From contig NC_019738.1 of NCBI RefSeq assembly GCF_000317515.1, forward strand, positions 1,681,623 to 1,745,622: a DNA stretch of 64,000 nucleotides. Direction: 5' to 3'. Both the position numbers and the translations under genes were made by a program. Shown here piece after piece: positions 20,119-28,580 of the stretch (the stretch's first letter is position 1; each line of letters opens with the position of its first letter). The notes beneath the pieces are model-generated. The model made no database searches. It worked only from the letters and a program-made list of their open reading frames with translations, and was not told the DNA's origin. The DNA comes from Allocoleopsis franciscana PCC 7113. GTDB lineage: Bacteria; Cyanobacteriota; Cyanobacteriia; Cyanobacteriales; Coleofasciculaceae.

Positions 20119-21000
20119 ATGAACCAACAAATTGCCTTTCTCGGACTCGGTGTAATGGGTGGTTATATGGCAGCAAATTTGGCGCAAGGGGGTTACTCCG
20201 TCAAAGCTTGGAATCGTACCCCCAATCGTCCTGGTGTAGAAGTCGCCGCGAGTGGGGGTGCAACCATCGTGTCCTCCATTCGCGAAGCCGTTGAGACAGC
20301 AGATATCATCTTTTCCTGCGTCGGTGATGTGCCTGATGTGGAGGAAGTCATCCTCGGCGCTGGAGGAGTTGCCGAGTTTGCCAAACCTGGCGCTTTAGTG
20401 ATTGATACCAGTACCATTGGCCCAAATGCGGCACGAAAGATAGGAAGCACACTTAACAAACACAACCTCCGCTTTTTGGATGCACCGATTTCAGGTGGAG
20501 ACATTGGGGCAAAAAATGGCACTCTAACGATCATGGTTGGCGGAGAACCAACTGATTTTGAGGAGAGTAAGTCAGTATTAGAAGTTCTGGGGAAAACCAT
20601 TCGCCTTTGTGGTTCAATCGGTAGCGGTCAGGCTGTAAAACTGTCTAATCAAGTTCTGTGTGCACTCCACATGGTGGGTTTATGCGAGGCGATGCAGCTA
20701 GCCCAACAACAAGGAATCGACCCTAACTTAATTGTAGAAGTTTGCAGCACTGGTGCGGCTGGGTCGTGGGCGCTAGCTAATCTGGGGCCAAAAATCATTG
20801 AGTCGGATTTTCGTCCTGGTTTTATGATTAAACACATCCTTAAAGATTTGAGGTTAGTGCAGGAAAGCCTCAAAGAATCGGGTGAAGAATTGCCTGGAGT
20901 GGAAATGAGCGATCGCTTATTTAAAATGGTTCAAGAACTGGATAACGGGATGGGTGGTGAGCAAGGAACTCAGGCTATGATTCGTGCTTACCATTTATAG
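20119..21000 (+). CDS. NAD(P)-dependent oxidoreductase, 3-hydroxyisobutyrate dehydrogenase/2-hydroxy-3-oxopropionate reductase family
   Basis: IAFLGLGVMGGYMAANL Rossmann motif and a 6PGDH-type NAD-binding/HIBADH architecture across 293 aa. Confidence 0.85.
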   Translation: MNQQIAFLGLGVMGGYMAANLAQGGYSVKAWNRTPNRPGVEVAASGGATIVSSIREAVETADIIFSCVGDVPDVEEVILGAGGVAEFAKPGALVIDTSTIGPNAARKIGSTLNKHNLRFLDAPISGGDIGAKNGTLTIMVGGEPTDFEESKSVLEVLGKTIRLCGSIGSGQAVKLSNQVLCALHMVGLCEAMQLAQQQGIDPNLIVEVCSTGAAGSWALANLGPKIIESDFRPGFMIKHILKDLRLVQESLKESGEELPGVEMSDRLFKMVQELDNGMGGEQGTQAMIRAYHL

Positions 21001-21126
21001 CATGGAATTATTTTTTTAACGCAGAGAACGCGGAGGGGGACGCTGAGGGACGCTGAGTTTTTTGAGGAATTACGATACAAAGGGAGTTGGTATGAATTTT
21101 CAATCCTTTAATTAATCAAGGAAAAA

Positions 21127-22131
21127 ATGCTGGATTCTCTATTCACGACTGTCTCCCATCCTACTCAAGATTTGATTCCCCATCGCCGTCCTCGTAAAGG
21201 TGTGATTGTTGGTGCAGGACAGGTGGGAATGGCTTGTGCGTACTCCCTGCTGATTCAAAATGTCTTTGATGAAATGGTGATTGTTGATGTCAACACCGAA
21301 AAACTGGAAGGGGAGGTGATGGACTTGAATCACGGCTTACCTTTCGTTCAGCCTACCATTATCCGCTCAGGAACCTTAGCTGATGGAGAGGATGCTGATA
21401 TTGTTATTATTACGGCTGGAGCTAAACAGAAGCCAGGAGAGAGTCGTTTAGAGCTAGTGCAACGCAATTTAGAGATATTTAAAGGCTTAATTCCCCAAGT
21501 CGTTAAGTATTGTTCCAAAGCTATTTTGCTGATTGTGACGAACCCAGTAGACATCATGACTTATGTCTCTCTCAAATTATCAGGGTTGCCAAATTCAAGT
21601 GTGATTGGTTCGGGGACGGTACTGGATACGGCTCGTTTTCGTTATCTATTGGCGGAGAAGTTTCAGCTTGATTCTCGGAGTTTACATGCTTACATTATTG
21701 GTGAGCATGGCGATAGTGAAGTTCCGGTTTGGAGCAAAGTTAATATATCAGGAATGCAACTGTTTCAAGAAGATGCAAATGAAGAAAAATTAGCAGACAT
21801 GGATAGGATTAAACCCATTTTTGAACAAGTCAAGAATGCAGCTTATGAGGTGATTCAACGCAAAGGCGCAACCAGTTATGCGATTGGCTTGGGTGTCACC
21901 CAGATTGTTCAATCCATTTTACGCAATCAAAATCGACTGCTAACGGTTAGTAGCCTGATTCATGGGTTTGAGGGTATTGACGATGTTTGTTTAAGTCTGC
22001 CAGCGGTGGTAAATCGTCAAGGAGTTAGCCGGACTTTAAATCTCACGCTGACTCCCACAGAAAAGGAGAAATTACAGCATTCAGCCAGAGTTTTGCGGCA
22101 AACGATTGAAAAACTCGACCTTTCATCTTAA
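21127..22131 (+). CDS. ldh: L-lactate dehydrogenase (LDH/MDH superfamily)
   Basis: [27 protein letters not shown] (Gln at the substrate-specificity position) and [13 protein letters not shown] around the active-site His favour LDH over MDH. Confidence 0.75.
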   Translation: MLDSLFTTVSHPTQDLIPHRRPRKGVIVGAGQVGMACAYSLLIQNVFDEMVIVDVNTEKLEGEVMDLNHGLPFVQPTIIRSGTLADGEDADIVIITAGAKQKPGESRLELVQRNLEIFKGLIPQVVKYCSKAILLIVTNPVDIMTYVSLKLSGLPNSSVIGSGTVLDTARFRYLLAEKFQLDSRSLHAYIIGEHGDSEVPVWSKVNISGMQLFQEDANEEKLADMDRIKPIFEQVKNAAYEVIQRKGATSYAIGLGVTQIVQSILRNQNRLLTVSSLIHGFEGIDDVCLSLPAVVNRQGVSRTLNLTLTPTEKEKLQHSARVLRQTIEKLDLSS

Positions 22132-22378
22132 TTTTGTCAATTCTTTCAAAATTACATCAAGTCTTTAACGTTTAAAAGCTAGATTTTAGTTTTGATAAGT
22201 CTAAACCCAATTTCAGGCGCTTGCTGACTGACCGGATTAGCCAGTAAATTTGTAACTAGAGATAACTCAATTCCTACTTGTTGCCTTAGTCCGGGGAATT
22301 CTCTCGATCGCATCAGGCTTAGTGCTTCTCCCTCATTACTATTAGGTCTTCGCTTACCACTAGGGGAGTCAACAGCGC

Positions 22379-25300
22379 GTGAATGTATTTGTAAAGCTTT
22401 TCAAAGAAGGCTTGACAATCTTGCCATTGTTCGGATTTTCAGTCTGTTTAACAGTGCTTCCGACTCTTCCATCTGTCCAGGCACAACCCATTACACCGGC
22501 TGTTGACAGTACCAATACTATCGTCACTCCCAACGGCAACCAAATTAACATTTCAGGTGGTACCTCTTCGGGAGACGGTAGTAATCTTTTTCATAGTTTT
22601 GAGCAATTTGGCCTGGATGCCGGTCAAGTTGCCAACTTCATGTCTAATCCCCAGATTCGCAATATCTTAGGTCGCGTTGTTGGGGGTAATCCCTCCTTGA
22701 TTAACGGACTCATTCAGGTGAGTGGAGGCAACTCCAACTTATTTTTAATGAATCCTGCCGGGATAGTTTTTGGTGCTTCGGCTAGCTTAAATGTTCCTGC
22801 TTCCTTTACCGCAACGACTGCCACAGGAATTGGGTTGGGTGGCAATCATTGGTTTAATGCTTTTGGGAATAATGACTATCCCAACTTAGTCGGCACCCCT
22901 AGTCAGTTTGCGTTTGACCTTTCTCAACCCGGAAGTGTCATCAATGCGGGTAATCTCGCCGTGTCGCCGGGACAAAATCTAATGTTACTTGGGGGCAGTG
23001 TACTCAATACCGGGACAGTGAGTGCTCCCGGAGGAACGATTACCCTTGCTGCCGTACCGGGTGAGAATTTAGTCCGAATTAGCCAACCCGGACACGTACT
23101 CAGTATCGAGATTGAATCCAAGACAGCAGGAGGACAGACGATAGCCTTTAACCCCGTTAATTTGCCCACACTACTCACGGGCACAATCGGCAGTGGGGGA
23201 GTGCCCTCGTCTGCGGTTCCCACAGAGGCAGGAACCATTATGGTTTCTGGGACTCTGGATGCTTCTAATTCAACTGGGGGGAAGATAGGCGGTAACGTCA
23301 ATGTTTTAGGGACAAATGTCAATCTCGTTGAAGCCAATATCAACGCCTCTGGAAGTGATGGCGGTGGCACCGTACTCATCGGTGGAGATTATCGCGGGTT
23401 AGGCACAGTACCCAATGCTGAGTTTACCGATGTAGACAGCAATACCACCCTTCAAGCGAATGCTCTCACACAGGGAGATGGTGGCAAAGTTGTTGTTTGG
23501 GGGAATAACACCACGACCTTCCAAGGTCAGATTACAGCACAGGGGGGTGCTTTCGGGGGTAATGGTGGGTTTGCGGAAGTATCCGGTGCTCAGACGTTGA
23601 AGTATCAGGGTGTAACAAATTTACTGGCACCCAATGGACAGACGGGAAACTTACTGTTAGACCCCGAAACCTTTATCATTGCCAATGTAGGCGGGGACAT
23701 TACCCCAGAGGGCGTAGCCGCTGCCCTGACAACTGCCAATGTCACCTTTGATGCTACCAATTTCCTCACTGTTAGTGATGCGATTAACTCCACGAGTGGG
23801 TTTAATTTAACCCTAGATGCACCCACGATTAACCTGAATGCACCCATTACCCTAGGGGGTCAACTCTTGGGTACAGCCAACAATACCACCGTGAATGTGG
23901 GGTTGGCTGGCAGGATTCAAAATGGCATAGATGTGGCAACCAGTGGAGCAAATGTCAATCTCGCCCCTGGAACCTTCACTGAGTCCGTCACGATTAACAA
24001 ATCCCTCACGTTAACGGGTGCAGGCGCTGGGAATACTACCGTAAGTGGCAACAATACCTTCCGAGTATTTAATATTTCTGCTGCTAATGTCACTTTGGAT
24101 GGTTTGACGATTACCAATGGACGCGCCGATAGTGGCGGTGGCATTCTCTACACGGGGACGGGCACGCTAAATATTACCAATAGCATTATCACAGGCAATC
24201 AAGCCATCGGTGCCAATGGTGCAAATGGCAGTAACGTTGGTGCGGGTGGTGGTGGCGGTGGCGGCGCGGGACTTGGTGGCGGCCTGTTCATCAATGGAAA
24301 TGGTACAGTCACGGTGACCAATTCGACTTTTGCTGGCAATCAGGCCATTGGTGGCAATGGTGGTCAGGGATTCCCAAATAATGGGGTATTTGATGGTACG
24401 GGTGGCAATGGTGGTGGCGCTAACCCAGGCATCGGCGGGACTCCCGGTAACCCTGGTGGTGCGGGGGGGTTTGCCAGTGGTGGTGGCGGCGGCGGTGGTT
24501 CTGACGAGGTGGGTGGGGCTGGCGGTGCGGGTGGTTTCGGCGGTGGTGCGGGGGGCGGCGGCGGTCGTACGGGTGGGTTTAGCGGTAACCCCAGTAATCC
24601 TCCCGGTTTCGGCGGGGGTACGGGTGGACAGGGTCAATTTAGTGCGGCAGGTGGCGGTGGTGGCGGTGCTGGATTCGGTGGCGCGATTTTTGTCAATTCT
24701 GGCTCTTTGTCGGTGAATAACAGCACCTTTGTGAACAATTCATCGGCGGGCGGAGTTGGTGGTACCGGGGGTTTTGGCGGTGATGGTGGTGCAGGGCAAG
24801 GGACAGGCGGTGCGATTTTTGTGAATACGGGTAATGCCACGCTGACCAACAATACCCTCAGCGGCAACACGGCGAGTCACAGTGGCGGCGGCATTTATAA
24901 CTTAAATGGCACCACCAGCCTTAATCATCTGACGATCGCAAATAATACCGCAACTCTGGGCAATGGTGGCGGCCTCGTTAATAATGGCGGTACTGTCAAT
25001 GTCCGCAACACGCTGATTGCCAATAATAATCATCCCACGTCCCCCGATGTGTTTGGCCTCTTCACCGACTTGGGGAACAACCTGATTGGCAATAGTGCAG
25101 GCAGCACCAGTTTCACCACCAGCACTCTCGTGGGGACAACCACGAACCCCATCAACCCCCTACTCGCACCTCTGCAAAATAATGGCGGTGCTACCCAGAC
25201 TCATGGGTTGCTTCCTGGCAGTCCCGCCCTTAATGCAGGGGCGACGGTTACAGGTGTCACCACCGACCAACGAGGTGTATCCCGCACAGGGATTGGTGAC

Positions 25301-27103
25301 CCGGTTCCTGATATTGGTGCCTATGAAGCGATTCGAGTGTTATTCGGCAATCCCACTTACAGTATTAATACTAATGCAACCCAAGCGGCGATCGCGGTTC
25401 AGGTAGACCGCACGCCTGCAATTGGCACTGGCGGAAATATCAACGTTAACTATAATACCGCTGATGGCACGGCAATCTCTGGCACCGACTACAGCACAAC
25501 CACGGGAACCCTCACGTTCACCAATTCGGTCACCCGCCAGACGTTTAATGTCCCTATTCTGAGTACGGCGAGGAATAATCGCACCGTTAATCTCAGCCTG
25601 ACGAATCCTAAAAATGCTGTTTTGGGGAGTCCCAATTCTGCCCTGCTGACTCTCCTCCAACCTCTTCCCCTCCCGTCTCCGTCACCCTCTCCCATACCGT
25701 CTCCTTCTCCCACACCGTCACCCTCTCCTACCCCGACAACCGTTAATCCTGTTGACTTGACGTTACCCCAGAAACCGCTAGAGCCAGCACCGATTCAAAA
25801 CAACAACTCTCAACCTTTAGAGAGGGCTGTGGAGAGTATTGACCAATCCTCCAGCACGGATTTTGAGCAATATCTCGGCGTGGGCGAAACACCAGGTATC
25901 AGCTTAGTGCAAGCTCGAAATCTCCTGCGTGGCATAGAAAGTTCGACAGGGGTCAAACCTGCGGTTATTTATGCTATTTTTGTCCCGGAAAGTGTGACTC
26001 CATCGCCTGCCTCGTCTCAAGGTTTAGAGGAAGATTCGGCAGAACTTTTACTGTTACGCTCCCTAAAGCCGAGTCCGCGCGATCGTTTAGAATTGATTTT
26101 AATTTCTGGTACCGGTAAACCCATCCGCAAATCCGTCAATATCACCCGTGCCGAAGTGATAGCTATGGCGGAAAAGTTTCGATTTACGGTGACCAATGCC
26201 CGCGATGCTTTAGGCTATCTCACCCCAGCCCGAAAAATGTATCAGTGGCTGATGGCTCCCTTAGAAGCTGACATTGAGCAGCGAGGGATTAAAAATTTGA
26301 CCTATATCACCGACAGTGGGTTACGCACCATCCCCTTAGCTGCTCTCCACGATGGTAAAGGGTTTATTGTCGAACGTTACAGTATCGGCTTGATGCCCAG
26401 TCTTTCTCTCACGGATACCCGTTATGGTGATATCCACTCATCCGAGGTACTCGCCATGGGAGCTAGTGAGTTTAAAGACAATAAGCCCTTACCTGCCGTA
26501 CCTGTAGAATTGAGTGTCATTACCCAAGCTTGGCAAGGTTTATCGTTTCTCAATCAAGGCTTTACCCTGGAAAACCTGAAGTCGCAACGGGCAAAAACTC
26601 CCTTTGGCATTATCCACCTAGCGACTCATGCCGAATTTCTGCCAGGGAAACCCGCCAACTCTTATATTCAGTTACAAGACCAGAAGTTGGCTCCGTTGCA
26701 ACTTAAGTCTGTGGGGTGGGCGAACCCGCCTGTGGAGTTATTGGTGCTGTCTGCCTGCCGCACGGCGGTAGGAGATGAGGAAGTGGAATTAGGCTTTGCG
26801 GGGTTAGCCATACAAGCGGGAGTTAAATCGGCCTTAGCTAGTCTGTGGTATGTCAATGATGAAGCGACATTGGGGTTAATGAGTGAGTTTTACCAACAAC
26901 TCAAAACGGCTCCCATTAAAGCCGAGGCTCTGCGAAAGGTACAGTTGGCGATGATATCAGGAAAGGTGCATATCCAAAATCAGCAGTTGCTAACTAGCGA
27001 GGGTGAGTTTCCCTTGCCTACGGAGTTAAGGGGTACTGGTGACAGAGGTTTTTCCCATCCCTATTATTGGAGTGGCTTTACGATGATCGGTAATCCCTGG
27101 TAA
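22379..27103 (+). CDS. giant secreted protein: TPS (filamentous haemagglutinin N-terminal) domain, Gly-rich Pmp-like beta-helix, Calx-beta, P/S/T linker, C-terminal CHAT protease
   Basis: Signal peptide ...LPSVQA-QP. TPS domain NLFHSFEQFGLDAGQVANFMSNP...LINGLIQVSGGNSNLFLMNPAGIVFG. GGAI/FxxN repeats (GGAIFVN twice). Calx-beta NYNTADGTAISGTDYSTTTGTLTF. Linker PLPSPSPSPIPSPSPTPSPSPTPTT. CHAT domain IHLATHAEF...LVLSACRTAVG. Confidence 0.85.
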   Translation: MNVFVKLFKEGLTILPLFGFSVCLTVLPTLPSVQAQPITPAVDSTNTIVTPNGNQINISGGTSSGDGSNLFHSFEQFGLDAGQVANFMSNPQIRNILGRVVGGNPSLINGLIQVSGGNSNLFLMNPAGIVFGASASLNVPASFTATTATGIGLGGNHWFNAFGNNDYPNLVGTPSQFAFDLSQPGSVINAGNLAVSPGQNLMLLGGSVLNTGTVSAPGGTITLAAVPGENLVRISQPGHVLSIEIESKTAGGQTIAFNPVNLPTLLTGTIGSGGVPSSAVPTEAGTIMVSGTLDASNSTGGKIGGNVNVLGTNVNLVEANINASGSDGGGTVLIGGDYRGLGTVPNAEFTDVDSNTTLQANALTQGDGGKVVVWGNNTTTFQGQITAQGGAFGGNGGFAEVSGAQTLKYQGVTNLLAPNGQTGNLLLDPETFIIANVGGDITPEGVAAALTTANVTFDATNFLTVSDAINSTSGFNLTLDAPTINLNAPITLGGQLLGTANNTTVNVGLAGRIQNGIDVATSGANVNLAPGTFTESVTINKSLTLTGAGAGNTTVSGNNTFRVFNISAANVTLDGLTITNGRADSGGGILYTGTGTLNITNSIITGNQAIGANGANGSNVGAGGGGGGGAGLGGGLFINGNGTVTVTNSTFAGNQAIGGNGGQGFPNNGVFDGTGGNGGGANPGIGGTPGNPGGAGGFASGGGGGGGSDEVGGAGGAGGFGGGAGGGGGRTGGFSGNPSNPPGFGGGTGGQGQFSAAGGGGGGAGFGGAIFVNSGSLSVNNSTFVNNSSAGGVGGTGGFGGDGGAGQGTGGAIFVNTGNATLTNNTLSGNTASHSGGGIYNLNGTTSLNHLTIANNTATLGNGGGLVNNGGTVNVRNTLIANNNHPTSPDVFGLFTDLGNNLIGNSAGSTSFTTSTLVGTTTNPINPLLAPLQNNGGATQTHGLLPGSPALNAGATVTGVTTDQRGVSRTGIGDPVPDIGAYEAIRVLFGNPTYSINTNATQAAIAVQVDRTPAIGTGGNINVNYNTADGTAISGTDYSTTTGTLTFTNSVTRQTFNVPILSTARNNRTVNLSLTNPKNAVLGSPNSALLTLLQPLPLPSPSPSPIPSPSPTPSPSPTPTTVNPVDLTLPQKPLEPAPIQNNNSQPLERAVESIDQSSSTDFEQYLGVGETPGISLVQARNLLRGIESSTGVKPAVIYAIFVPESVTPSPASSQGLEEDSAELLLLRSLKPSPRDRLELILISGTGKPIRKSVNITRAEVIAMAEKFRFTVTNARDALGYLTPARKMYQWLMAPLEADIEQRGIKNLTYITDSGLRTIPLAALHDGKGFIVERYSIGLMPSLSLTDTRYGDIHSSEVLAMGASEFKDNKPLPAVPVELSVITQAWQGLSFLNQGFTLENLKSQRAKTPFGIIHLATHAEFLPGKPANSYIQLQDQKLAPLQLKSVGWANPPVELLVLSACRTAVGDEEVELGFAGLAIQAGVKSALASLWYVNDEATLGLMSEFYQQLKTAPIKAEALRKVQLAMISGKVHIQNQQLLTSEGEFPLPTELRGTGDRGFSHPYYWSGFTMIGNPW

Positions 27104-27662
27104 ACTCTCTGGGTAGAAATATTTTATTCATGGCTTGGTAAGTTGTGGCTGAGTTATACAAAAACTTCAGCATTGACAAGATTTCTCAAAAGAGATAAAT
27201 CTTTGGCGTTATTTGCAACAATTTTTTAGGACTGACGCATTGACACCAACTCCAAAACCGAGGTTAATACGTAATACACGTTATACATTGTATGACGGGT
27301 CGAGAGTCTCACAAACCAAATAAAGGGAAGCCTCAAACAATTTAGAATTTCTAGCTTTCCATAACGTCATTGTGTCCTCGGTGCTCTACCATAATAAACC
27401 CAGAGCATTTACGTCATTAATCGGGTTGAAACCCAAGTCGTAAATGCCGGGTGTACCCTTTTAAAAAGCAGCTTACGTCTTAGAAAGTAAGCTTACTTGA
27501 TTATGCTCAGAATCAGGGAGTCTACTAAACCCTTAAAAAAGTTGATTTCTCTTAACTATTGAGAGAATCTATGAAATCTACCAAAAGTTAGTCAGGGCAT
27601 CTACTATCCAGCCTCTAATCTAACCTTATAAAATTAAACCCATTCCAGGGTGCTACCTTCTG
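27104..27662 (+). promoter_or_regulatory. AT-rich 560-bp upstream region of the surface-protein gene cluster
   Basis: No ORFs. It carries a repeated GCATTGACA (-35-like) motif at about 27166 and 27238, and a stem-loop CATTTACG...CGTAAATG at about 27410-27450. Confidence 0.3.
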
Positions 27663-28580
27663 ATGAAATCTTTATTACCGCAGTTGGGCAGTTTTGAACT
27701 GCTTTTCACTGCATTTCTGACCGCATTCTTCGTCGCTGGTGCGTCACCGCTTACCGCTCAAACTGAAATTAAAAATTCCGCTTCCGCATCCGGAGGGAAT
27801 TTACCAGACGTTGTTCAGTCCAATGAAACTGTACTGACCGCTGGTCAAGCCGTTCTTCAATTAGTCAAAACCGCAGACCGCGCTGCGGCTGAACCCGGTG
27901 ATACCGTCATTTATCGCCTCGCACTGACCAACACCGGAGAGGTTCCAGCCAATCAGATTACGATAACCGACACGCCACCACTAGGAGTGCGGTTTTTACC
28001 AGAGTCATTGCAAGGCGCACTCACCACAGGCAGTACCACCACACCCGTGAGTTTGCCTCCGGCAGTAACAGCAGACCGGCAAATCACTTTTACCTATCCC
28101 AGACTCGCGCCGGGGGAGACACTCACAGTGATTTATGCCTCGGTGGTCACACCAGACGCCGTCCGGGGGGATGGGAGAAATGTGGCGCGGGAGTCTCGCA
28201 GCAATCTAGCCGCCTTTCAACTCCGGATTCGACAGGGCATTTTATCCGACTGTGCCACTATCGTCGGTCGGGTATTTGTCGATAAAAACTTTGACGGGCA
28301 GCAGCAACCTGGAGAACCGGGAGTACCGAATGCGGTGCTTTTCATGGATGACGGCAATCGCATCACCACCGATGCCAATGGCTTATTCTCGTTAGTCAAC
28401 GTCATCGCCGGCCATCGCACAGCCACGTTGGATTTGAGCAGTCTGCCGGGATACAGCCTTGCGCCAAACATCAAATTTATTGAAGGCAATAGCCAGTCAC
28501 GCCTGGTACGGCTCGAACCGGGCGGAATGGCTCGGATGAATTTTGCCGTGACACCCGCTTATGGGGAGCAACAGCAATGA
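27663..28580 (+). CDS. secreted DUF11 (conserved repeat domain) plus Cna-B/SdrD-B-like domain protein
   Basis: Signal peptide LLFTAFLTAFFVAGASPLTAQTE. DUF11-like LVKTADRAAAEPGDTVIYRLALTNTG. B-type beta-sandwich GRVFVDKNFDGQQQPGEPGVPNAVLFMDDGNRITTDANGLFSL. The stop overlaps the next start (ATGA). Confidence 0.7.
   Translation: MKSLLPQLGSFELLFTAFLTAFFVAGASPLTAQTEIKNSASASGGNLPDVVQSNETVLTAGQAVLQLVKTADRAAAEPGDTVIYRLALTNTGEVPANQITITDTPPLGVRFLPESLQGALTTGSTTTPVSLPPAVTADRQITFTYPRLAPGETLTVIYASVVTPDAVRGDGRNVARESRSNLAAFQLRIRQGILSDCATIVGRVFVDKNFDGQQQPGEPGVPNAVLFMDDGNRITTDANGLFSLVNVIAGHRTATLDLSSLPGYSLAPNIKFIEGNSQSRLVRLEPGGMARMNFAVTPAYGEQQQ

Noticed and set aside
20193-20873. Antisense ORFs 20193..20600 and 20649..20873 inside the HIBADH-family gene
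   Set aside because: They sit opposite a well-supported conserved enzyme gene, have no motifs, and show composition typical of antisense frames.
24167-24870. ORFs 24167..24637 (-), 24330..24716 (+) and 24634..24870 (-) overlapping the giant gene
   Set aside because: They lie entirely within the Gly-rich GGN-codon tract of the 22379..27103 CDS. Their translations are low-complexity (poly-T/A/R/P) and are artefacts of repetitive codons.
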